Below are positions 1-10,264 of a DNA stretch of 64,000 bases, one piece after another. A model generated the notes under the pieces. The model did not search any database. It was not told the DNA's origin and saw only the letters and a program-made list of their open reading frames with translations. This DNA comes from Lama glama. Taxonomy: Eukaryota. The DNA lies in NCBI GenBank assembly GCA_028534125.1, contig CM052816.1:44208001-44272000 (forward strand), read 5' to 3'. How positions within the stretch are numbered: the first letter of the stretch is position 1; each line of letters opens with the position of its first letter. Both the position numbers and the translations under genes were made by a program.

Positions 1-237
1 AGGTAGAACTTAAAACACTATCAAATGGTAACTAGAATAATAGGTTTGGGTTGATAAGTGAAAACATATTTTATTGCATTTGTATTGTTCCAAATTAAGA
101 TAAAGATATAAAATAAGTTTGACTTTTTAAAATAATAAAAGCAATACAAAGAGAACATAAAACTTCCCTCTATCTAATGAAAGGGAAGAAAGACAAAAAT
201 CTTGATGAAGTCAGAGGAATTCAGGAAAGGAAAATAA

Positions 238-558
238 TGCACCCAATATAGGAGCACCTAAGTACATAAAACAATTACTAACAGAGATAAAGGGGGATAT
301 TGATGGGGATACAATCATAGTCGGAGATTTTAACACCACACTAACATCACTAGACAGATCTTCAAGACAGAAAATAAATAAGGCAACAGAGAAATTAAAT
401 AATACAATAGAAAAATTAGATTTGGTGGATATTTTCAGAGCATTACGCCCCCCAAAAATAGGATATACATTCTTTTCAAGTGCACATGGAACATTTTCTA
501 GGATTGATCATGTCTTGGGCACAAAAGAAGCCTCAACAATTTTAAGAAGATAGAAATT
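238..558 (+). mobile_element. L1 ORF2 endonuclease-domain fragment (5' end of a 5'-truncated young L1)
   Basis: Translates to APNIGAPKYIKQLLTEIKGDIDGDTIIVGDFNTTLTSLDRSSRQKINK...YTFFSSAHGTFSRIDHVLG, with the GDFN and SRIDH motifs of the L1 APE endonuclease. Confidence 0.93.
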
Positions 559-2199
559 GAGAAGAAGAGAGAAGATGGTGGAGTAGAAGGACGCTCGTAG
601 CTCTCCCTCTCCCACAAATGCACCAAGACCCACATCTACAGACCCACTCAGCCAACCAGAGCACCTGTGGAACTCCGACAGAACATCGCCCTCTTCAAAA
701 GATAAAGATGCCAAAAATCTGGTAGGAGAAAAGGAAAAAAGAAAGAACAAAAGGCAAAGCAGCGCGGGACGGGTCCCGCGGGGAGGGAGCGGCAAAGGAG
801 GACTGGCGCTTGCTCGCTGGGTCTCCCCTCTCCAACTGAGAGGCCAGCGGGACGGAGGGGGAGCCCCCGAGGCTCGGATCTGTACAGAACAGCCCTTGTC
901 TGACAGAACTAAGTTAAACGGGCACAGAGCGTCCCCCCGACACCCAGCCTGAGACGCGGGCCGGCAGCGGCGGGCAGGGCCAGGCTGCACAAGCCGGGCG
1001 GAGGACGAGGGCGGCTACACGGAGGCAGCTCCGGGGGACTGCAAGGGGCTGGGCGCCGTGGCTGTGGGTGTACAGGACAGAACCACCTGGGCCCTCCATA
1101 AAACAGCAAGGTTGATGTGCTCTCGGGGAAAGGGTGCATACCCCCATCTCTGAAAAGCCACGGAAAGTTTTCGGGGGAAGAGAGATGGGGCTCAGGCACA
1201 GCCACCATATCCTCTGGCGCTTAAAATCCAGGCAGGGGCAGGGGTGAAACCTGTATCCGCACCCAAGGGCTTAGCAGCCTCAAAGGCCAGACTGAGACGG
1301 GCCTACAGCCCGAGGCAGATAGAACCCTTCCATCCTGGTCCCTCAGAGAACTTGCTCCTCAAAGACAAACAAGGAGCTGAGTTTTGGCCCGGAGCAGGGA
1401 CAAGGCTGTCCCTTGGTCTTCCCCGCACCCACCTGCAGAGTGCTGACCCAAGGCGGAGCCCGCAGCCACACAGAGCAGCGGAGTGACTGGCACCGGGAGA
1501 GGGAGGGCGGCCCCCTGCCTTGCGGGCAGGAAGGCAGCCTCTGACCGTGGTGCTGGGAGGGGGAGCGACCCGCTCTCCTGACTGGCCAGTCTGCAACATC
1601 TGACTGCGGCATCCGGAGGGGCAGTGACCCGCCCGCCCGCAGCAGAGGAGAGCTGCATCTGACCCCGTGTTAGGAGGAGGCGCGATCTGCTTGCCGACAG
1701 GCACTGGGAGCAGCATACACGAGGGTGCCAACGGAGGGCTTCTGGAAACAGCAAGCTGAGATTCCAAAACAGGACGAAGACAGAAAGACTTCACATTAAA
1801 AGCACACAGACTCCAGAAGAACACTGACACCCCCTCCTTTTTTTTTTTAAATCTGTTTTTACCTATTCTATTTTCTATTACCCTCTTAATTTTTACTTCT
1901 TAATTCATTTCTACTTTTCTTGGGTTTTGATGTCCTCTTCTTGATTAGACACAGGTTTCTTTTTTAAAGGTTTTAAAAGGACGTCTCAACCCGATTGATA
2001 CTCTGCTTCAACTCACTCTTCTATTATTCATTATACACTGTTTTCAAACCTTCTTTCTCCCTTCTTTTAAAATTCTTTCTCTCTCTCTTATTTTTTCTTT
2101 TTTTCCTAAGTCTTATTCCTAAATAGGCATTAGATAAATAAAATCCTTAAGGACCAAAATAGACAACTGATACTCCATAAACCACAGTGCCAGAGAGGT
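559..2199 (+). promoter_or_regulatory. L1 5'UTR / internal promoter, CpG-island-like over about 590-1790, followed by a T-rich tract at about 1835-2110
   Basis: Begins gagaagaagagagaagatggtggagtag (AAGATGG YY1-type L1 start). Many intact CpGs against a CpG-poor background. Runs directly into the ORF1 ATG. Confidence 0.85.
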
Positions 2200-2403
2200 A
2201 TGAGCAAGATGAAGAAGCAGAGAAACCTTTCCCAATTAAAAGAACAAGAGAAATCCCCTGAAAGATCAATGAAATAGACATCGATAGCCTACTAGATCAA
2301 GATTTCAAAAAAGGAGTGATCAAAGTGCTCAAGGAATTAAAAGAGATAGTGTTTAGAGATATAAAATATGTCAAAAATGAAATTGAAGCTATAAAGAAGA
2401 GCC
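2200..2403 (+). pseudogene. L1 ORF1p N-terminus, frameshifted near 2262-2268 and running into the gap
   Basis: ATG at 2200 gives MSKMKKQRNLSQLKEQEKSPER; a shifted frame continues NEIDIDSLLDQDFKKGVIKVLKELKEIVFRDIKYVKNEIEAIKKS, a typical coiled-coil ORF1 start. Confidence 0.8.
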
Positions 2404-2903
2404 NNNNNNNNNNNNNNNNNNNNNNNNNNNNNNNNNNNNNNNNNNNNNNNNNNNNNNNNNNNNNNNNNNNNNNNNNNNNNNNNNNNNNNNNNNNNNNNNN
2501 NNNNNNNNNNNNNNNNNNNNNNNNNNNNNNNNNNNNNNNNNNNNNNNNNNNNNNNNNNNNNNNNNNNNNNNNNNNNNNNNNNNNNNNNNNNNNNNNNNNN
2601 NNNNNNNNNNNNNNNNNNNNNNNNNNNNNNNNNNNNNNNNNNNNNNNNNNNNNNNNNNNNNNNNNNNNNNNNNNNNNNNNNNNNNNNNNNNNNNNNNNNN
2701 NNNNNNNNNNNNNNNNNNNNNNNNNNNNNNNNNNNNNNNNNNNNNNNNNNNNNNNNNNNNNNNNNNNNNNNNNNNNNNNNNNNNNNNNNNNNNNNNNNNN
2801 NNNNNNNNNNNNNNNNNNNNNNNNNNNNNNNNNNNNNNNNNNNNNNNNNNNNNNNNNNNNNNNNNNNNNNNNNNNNNNNNNNNNNNNNNNNNNNNNNNNN
2901 NNN
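2404..2903. other. Assembly gap of exactly 500 N; true size unknown
   Basis: Run of N from 2404 to 2903. The round length suggests a scaffolding placeholder. Confidence 0.99.
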
Positions 2904-4529
2904 ATACTCCCAAACTCATTCTATGAAGCCACCATCACCCTGATACCAAAACCAGGCAAAGACACTACAAAAAAAGAGAATTATAGGTCAATATCACTGA
3001 TGAACATAGACGCCAAAATCCTCACCAAAATTTTAGCAAATAGAATCCAACAACACATAAAAAAGATTATACATCATGACCAAGTGGGGTTCATCCCAGG
3101 GACACAAGGCTGGTTCAACATACACAAATACAATCAATGTAATGACTTTTTGGTCAACTAATCTTCAACAAAGGAGGCAAGAATATACAATGGAATAAAG
3201 ACAGTCCCTTCAGCACATGGTGTTGGGATAGCTGGACAGCAGCATGTAAATCAGTGAAGCTAGAACACCCCCTTACACCATACACAAAAATCAACACAAA
3301 ATGGGTCAAAGACTTAAACATAAGATAAGATACAATAAATCTCCTAGAGGAAAACATAGGCAAAACATTATCTCACATACATCTCAAAAATGTTCTCCTA
3401 GAACAGTCTACCCAAGCAATAGAAATGAAAGCAAGAATAAACAAATGGGACCTAATGAAACGTACAAGCTTCTGCACAGCAAAGGAAACCATAAGCAAAA
3501 CAATACGACAACCTACGGAATGGGAGAAAATGTTTGCAAATGAAACCGACAAAGGCTTGATTTCCAGAATGTAAAAGCAGCTCATATGACTTAATAAGAA
3601 AATAACAAACAACCCAATCCAAAAATGGGTAGAAGACCTTAACAAGCAAGTCTCCAAGGAAGAAATACAAATGATCAATAGGCACATGAAAAAGTGCTTT
3701 TTATCACTAATTATCAGAGAAATGCAAATCAAAACTACAATGAGGTATCACCTCACACCAGTCAGAATGGCCATCATTCAAGAGTCCACAAATGACAAAT
3801 GTTGGAGAGGCTGTGGAGAAAAGGGATCCCTCCTACACTGCTGGTGGGAATGCATTTGGTACAGCCACTGTGGAAAACAGTGTGGCAATTCCTCAAAAGA
3901 CTAGGGATAGACTTACCATATGACCCAGGAATCCCACTCCTGGGCATATATCCAGAAGGAACCCTACTTCAAAATGACACCTACACCCCAATGTTCATAT
4001 CAGCATTATTTACAATAGCCAAGCCATGGAAACAGCCTAAATGTCCATCAGCAGATGACTGGATAAAGATGTGCTATATTTATACAATGGACTACTATTC
4101 AGCCATAAAAACCAACAATATAACGGCATTTGCAGCAACATGGATGCTCCTGGAGAATGCCATTCTAAGTGAAGTAAGCCAGAAAGAGAAAGAAAAGTAC
4201 CATATGAGATCACTCATATGTGGAATCTTTAAAAAAAAAAAATACAAATCAGAATCAGACTCGTAGACATAGAATACAAACTTCTGGTTGCCAGTGGGGC
4301 GGAGGATGGGAAGGGACAGACTGGGATTTGAAAATGTAGAATAGATAAACAAGATTATACTGTATAGCACAGGGAAATATATACAAGATCTTATGGTAGC
4401 TCACAGAGAAAAAAAATGTGACAATGAATATATATATGTTCATGTATAACTGAAAAATTGTGCTCTACACTGGAATTTGACACAACATTGTAAAATGATT
4501 ATAACTCAATAAAAATTGTTAAAAAAAAA
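2904..4529 (+). mobile_element. Young lineage-specific L1: ORF2 (RT start, internal deletion, C-terminal domain), 3'UTR and poly(A)
   Basis: [19 protein letters not shown]...[14 protein letters not shown]...[11 protein letters not shown]-terminal [13 protein letters not shown] and CWRGCGEKG...HCWWEC. AATAAA near 4508 and A-tail to about 4530. Contains stops and frameshifts. Confidence 0.96.
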
Positions 4530-4958
4530 AGGAAAGGAGAACAAAAATACAAAAACAGATGAACAAATAAATAAATTTGTATTGTAAATCATATGTTTAA
4601 AAATAAATATATACAAAAATTTAAAAGTATATTTTCATGTTTCAGTTATACTTCAAAAAGTTAAAATTTTTATATGTAAATTATATATTATTAAAGTTGA
4701 AAATTTTATGTGTCAGTTATGCCTCAATGAACCTAATTTTTTTAAGTACAATTAAATGACCTGTGTCATTTAGTTTCACAATAAAAATCTTTTATAAACA
4801 AAAATAAATTTTATTAAAATGGTACTATATAAGTAATAGTATGTAAATAATGTTCATATATTTTTTAAAAATAAACTTTTACAATTAATGTAAACAATTT
4901 ATTACATTTTAAAGTTGGAATTCTCAAATGAGATACAAAGCAAATAATACACAGTCAT

Positions 4959-5470
4959 TGTGTTAGTTTTCTATTACTTGCATTATAAATTCCCACAAAT
5001 TTAGTTCCTTAAAGCTATAATTTTATTCTCTTGTGGTTCTATAAGTCATAAATCCAATACTCGTCTCACTGGGCTAAAATCAAGGTTTCTGCAGGGCTAT
5101 ATCCGTTCTTTTCTGCAGGCTCTAGGACATTCTGTTGCCTTTTGTAAGCTTTGGAGGCTTCTTACATTCTTGGTTTATGGCCCCTGTCTCCATCTTGAAG
5201 AGTAGCAGTGGCAAGTACAGTCCTCCTCATGCCGCATTTGATTGACCCTTCTTCTCTTGTTGCATTCATCTCTGACCACGGCCAGAAAAGTTTGTCTTTT
5301 AATGAATCATGTGATTAGATGAGGCCTACCCAGGTAATGCATAATAATCACCCCATCTTGAGGTCCACAACCTCAGTTGCATATGCAGCGTTCCTTTTGG
5401 AATGTACAGTAATATTCACAGGTTAATGAGATTATGACATGGACGTCTTTGGGCCACTGTTGTGCCTACC
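4959..5470 (-). mobile_element. MaLR solo LTR (MLT1C/D/E-like)
   Basis: tgtgttagttttctatt...ctcactgggctaaaatcaagg...gacatggacgtctttgggcc...tgcctacc matches the recalled MLT1 reverse-complement pattern. Confidence 0.75.
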
Positions 5471-6224
5471 TTATACTGCATATGAGAGGATTACTAAAAT
5501 ATCAGGACAGAATATTTGAAAACAAAAGAATGAAAAAGATACATTGGTCCAATACTGACCAAAGTATAATATTGGTGCCACTATAATATTATTAGAAAAT
5601 AATGCTTTAACATTAAAGTATATTTTAAGGGGAAAAATATATTTTCTTCACTGAGGTTACAGTTTAAATACAAGTTTAAGTTTCATCTGCTCACTTGCCT
5701 CATGAAGCCCAAGGACTTCTTGTTTTTGTATAGATACAAAAGTTCAAAGTCAAGTCACTAGTGCTCATTATCAGGATATTATGCTTTTAGTTATTGCATT
5801 TCTGATGAAATTAAAGCTTTATAGAAGTTTACTGCTTGACCTACAAATTCTGCCTTAGGCACGACTATAATTTGAGATTGTGTTGTTTTTAAAACATTTT
5901 AAGTGTCATTTGCATCGTAATATTAAGGTCCCACAGTGTAGGGACTAGAGAATGCCAATTGCAAGTGGGACCAGGGCTGACCCAGAAGGCTATGTGACAC
6001 AAGGTGAAAAATATGGGATTTGTTTCAGGAGAGTAGTTTTAATTTAATATGGTGGTATCATGAATACTAGTTAATTCCTCTGGACACTTATTTTTATTAT
6101 GCTTGAAATTCATAATATAAATTATATCACATAATTAATATTAAAGAAGTAAAAGGGGGAGACTATAATATTGATAATGTATAAGTCATATACCACCTGT
6201 TAGGGGAATCTGTGTGGTGCAAGT

Positions 6225-6420
6225 TGTAATAGTTAGGATCATAACCTCTGGAGTCAGACAGTCTGTATTTTAATTTTCTCCCCTTATTTGCACTGTGATC
6301 TTGGGTAAGTTACTTAACCACTCTATGCCTCACTTATCAGAGGTAGAAAGTACAGTTAAAAATGAAACCTATCTCATAGGGCTGTTATGACAGGTTTGTT
6401 AATTATTTGTAAAGCACGCC
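6225..6420 (+). mobile_element. MIR SINE
   Basis: ctctggagtcagac...tgtgatcttgggtaagttacttaaccactctatgcctca...acctatctcatagggctgttatga (MIR core). Confidence 0.8.
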
Positions 6421-7719
6421 TTGCAAAGTAAGGACCGTGTAAATCAATATATTTCAGCACTGTCATCAAAATGGCAGTCACAGTAAGTCTTTTTTGAGTA
6501 CAGTATCTATTACTGTCTAGCTCTTTGCTGACTTAAGAAAGTAGTAAATATATTAAATATACATCACATTAAACTTATCAAAGTGACAGCAATAGCTTAC
6601 GAAGATTAGAAATATTCAGTTGCTACACTGTATAGCGCTGGGTAAAGTAGAATCCAGAAATTAAGAGCTTAGTTTAGGCTTTATTATTTCATAAGGAAAG
6701 CAGCTCAGTACATGAGGTCAGGGCCATGCAAAAAAATTTGATAGATTACTATAATAAGTCTGTGGCACATTCCTCTGCTCTTTTAATGTTTCTCAAGTGC
6801 TATAACTGTACATATAAAAAGTAGAGAAAAGAGGGTACCGACAAGACCCCCAGACCATTAAATAAGCCACTTGCATTTTATGTAATAGCTGAGGCGGTTT
6901 GGGATCTAGGTGGCAGTGTATCTTTCTGACTCCAAGGAGAAAATTAAACCTCTTACATTTAGCATGTACTTTTAGCACCACTACTTGGTATTCAAGAACT
7001 AGATGGGTCACTGAATGATGACGAAACACAAATTTATTAAAGCTGAAGGAGAATAACAGAGTAGCTAGAGGGGAATTTTCAGGAACACGCCAAAGAACCA
7101 CTTGAAACAACATAATGGCAGTCCAGATAGCTAGCTATTGATGGTATTCAACATGTTCGTCGTCAGAGCAGCATGAACACCCATCAGATAAGCAGTCAGA
7201 ATTCACAAGAAATCCTAGTGTCGGCTACATCTTCGAATCAAATGACCACTCCCATCTACATCTAATTCAGTTATGAAATTCTGTATTTTTATAGATAAAA
7301 TAAGTACACATTTTTCTTGAACTTCTCATTGCTTAATAATACCCTCAACTTTGTAATTAGTGTATCGATATATTTACCCCTAAGATCATCATGGGTGTGG
7401 TTCCCTAATTGGAACCTCATTAGGTTAGGTTCCCTAGTTGGGAAAAAACTCTAACCTTCAGGTTTAGTTTCTTGAAATACAGTGGAGGAGGGGAAAGATA
7501 GGGGGAGGGTGTTTAGTAAAAGATGAACAAGACTCTATTGTCTTGGAATTTTTTTAAAATTTGTGGAAATGCAATCTTGGAAATAAAATTCTTTAAGAGC
7601 ATCACACAATTAGAGTGCCTAAGTGAAATGGAGAGATTAAGATGCTTTTCTTTGAACTTCCCTTGTGGAAATAAATACTATCTAGTATTTTCCATCAGAA
7701 ACCCACAGAGGGGTTTTCT

Positions 7720-7860
7720 CTTTTTTTTCATTTTTCAAATTTGGGGAGGGGGAAGGAAGGTAATTAAGCTTATTTATTCATTTGTTTATTTTCGATGGAG
7801 GTACTGGGGACTGAACCCACGACCTCATGCATGCTAAGCACGCACTGTACCCTCCCCCCC
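7720..7860 (-). mobile_element. Camelid tRNA-derived SINE (Vic-1-like) with a deletion in the A-box region
   Basis: Reverse complement reads ggggagggtacagtgcgtgcttagcatgcatgaggtcgtgggttcagtccccagtacctcc plus an AT-rich tail. TSD aggggttttct at 7709-7719 and 7862-7872. Confidence 0.88.
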
Positions 7861-8519
7861 AAGGGGTTTTCTTAAGGCCCTTATATTGTTGGTGTGGCAA
7901 GCTCTTCTGATTCACTGGAGAACATAAGCATCTTCATAGTTTTGTCAGTCCATCTCTTTCTTTCCCTTTCTGTCTGCTCACGTACAACAAGTTTCTTCAC
8001 TTCTCTGTAATATATGTATGGGTAAACATACATATTTATATATACATAATATATAAATATACATTATTTATGTATATGCATACACATATATATTGAGAAT
8101 ATAAACTTATTTAATTAAAAAGAAATCTAAGGCTTAAAGACCAAATGTGTAGGTCTTTCATAAAGTTAAGGAAGATGTCGGAATCCTCAAGAGTCATCTT
8201 GATGCTTAAAAAATTTTAATATTTAAAATCAGCTTCTCTCACATTAGCCCTTATTTAACATTTAAAAATATTATTTACCGTACTCTTTAAAAGATTATTT
8301 AACCATGATAAATATTTACAAAGAAAATTACAACCCCAAACCATTCTTGCCTTCTGAGAATTGGAGTGATTGAGTGCAGACCTAAGACATAATAAAAGAA
8401 AATGTTGAAATAAAATCATAAGTTAGTATATAATGCATATTATATAAAATAAGAAAAGTTTGTTTTCTGTTCTGTGTGACTTACTTAAATTATTTTATTC
8501 TTCTATTGTTTATTAAAAT

Positions 8520-9110
8520 TCAACTTTGTGCTGGGGCCAAGAATACAAAGTGAACAATACATTTTCCTTCCCTCAAGGAAGTTAAAATCTAATTAGAGGA
8601 CATAGATGATAAACAGCCAAGTAAACATTTAAAAGTTGTCAAAATAAAGGGGATGCTCAATACAGAATGCGGGTTGGGGGTAGGAGGTCACGGAAAGCAT
8701 GTAAGAGAAAGTAATATCTAATCAATTTGAAGATTGAAGAGTTGGGAAATGGAAGGTGTGAGGATAAAGAACATTTTTCTTGTGGGAGAATACAAATAGA
8801 TGATCAGATTTGGAAGGGAAGTGTTGAGGACTGAGGGATAAAATTCGAGATGAGGCTGGAGATAGAAGGAAGATTGGATTTTGTAAGCACTGCTAAGGAG
8901 TTGTGCTTTTATTCTGCTGATAATGGTGGGGACCAGTGTGTTAAAAGTCCAGGAGGGGAAAAACGATACAGGTACAAGGCATACAATCCAAGCATCTAGG
9001 GCCATAAAAGGCCTAATGCAAATAATACTGAATGGAAATTCTGAACTGAAAAAAGTAGTTGTTTTAGTCATTTTCAGAATACATCTAGCATTAAAAAGAG
9101 CCTAAAGTTA
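8520..9110 (-). mobile_element. Degraded L2 LINE 3' region
   Basis: ctttgtgctgggg...aagtgaacaatac...ccctcaaggaagttaaaatctaattagagga, followed by purine-rich L2-like sequence. Confidence 0.55.
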
Positions 9111-10127
9111 TGGAGATAGTATGCATTCAAAATGACCCTAAAGTTTTTCTAATCCCATGAAAAACAAAAATGAGAGTGAATCATAGTTTTCAGACAACTA
9201 TGTATGTATAGAGATTACCTAATGAGCATAGTAGTATAAATCTAGGGAATAAAACAGCTCTTTGTATGGTTCTTTTTTATACTCATGAACTATTAATCTC
9301 AAGAGTACTTCTGCTTTAGAGATTTATGTAAATGCATGTTTTAGCCAGGTTTTTGAAGAATAAGTTACAAAAACTGAGTTCAGCACAAATAGCCCTGTTC
9401 CTGCTACCTGTAAATATATGTACCTGTCAACATCTTTCAAGTCTGTTTCCATGAAACATCTCTTAATTTCCCTACCTGGATGCTATCTCTCCCACCACCC
9501 TTAAGCCCCAGAGCAGATTTTACTTCTCTTAAAAATATATACTTGGTCGTAAAGTTTTAAATTTGTACTGATGTGGCAAGATGCAATAGATATGAAACAA
9601 CAAAGTATGATGCCAGATAGAAATATGGATTTTTTCCAAAGAAAATGACTTAACAAATTAGCATTTCTCTATTGGTGGAAACATTTTTAGGAGGCATTAG
9701 GATTTTCTGTATGTTTCAGGCCATTTAACCTCTCTGATAGAGAATTAAATAACTGTACACTCCTTAAGTCTTTGTGATAATTAAAATATGTTCATTTACT
9801 GTATATTTACTGTCACCCCTTGAGAACCACTGGATAGGGTGACTCTGACCTCCACAAGAAGGATTTAAAAAGGTTGGGAGAAAATTCCTGAGTATTTCTG
9901 TAGAGAGCTACTGAAGAGGTGTGAGTCCCACCTCCTCAAATGGGGAAGAATATGGGATATCTGACCTCCTTAACGAGGACACATTGATGTTTAGTCTAGG
10001 ATCCATCTGGTTGTTGGAGTGGCATGGTGAATTGTGTTCTGATTGCCCTCCTTCTTACGAAACTGAGAGGTTGAGTTGATGACGTGTTGATTTGATGACA
10101 AAGCAAGAGATCAAGAGAGTTGCTTTT

Positions 10128-10264
10128 GCTCACAGCGGAAAAAAAAAAATGTGACAATGAATATATGTATGTTCATGTATAACTGAAAAATTGTGCTCTA
10201 CACTGGAATTTGACATAACACTGTAAAATGACTATAACTCAATAAAAAAAAAGTTAAAAAAAAA
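10128..10264 (+). mobile_element. Heavily 5'-truncated young L1 3' end (about 137 bp) with poly(A)
   Basis: Nearly identical to 4399-4530. TSD agagttgctttt at 10116-10127 and 10265-10276. Confidence 0.95.

Larger units (their letters stand above)
1..5640 (+). mobile_element. Ancient, highly diverged L1M (inter-ORF region to ORF2 start), interrupted by younger L1s and an MLT1 LTR; host pieces about 1-236, 4530-4950 and 5470-5640
   Basis: A-rich + strand. Joining 200-236 to 4544 onward gives an L1M-like inter-ORF sequence (caggaaaggagaacaaaaatacaaaaacagatgaacaaata). 5500-5620 resembles decayed ORF2 endonuclease coding sequence. Confidence 0.5.

Noticed and set aside
508..1830. Other overlapping ORFs of 77-175 aa in the L1 5'UTR
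   Set aside because: Expected in GC-rich, stop-poor DNA; several use non-ATG starts and none has a recognisable domain.
2316..3161. 281-aa ORF apparently fusing L1 ORF1 and ORF2 (and the 176-aa minus-strand ORF at 2389-2919)
   Set aside because: Artefact of translating through 500 N.
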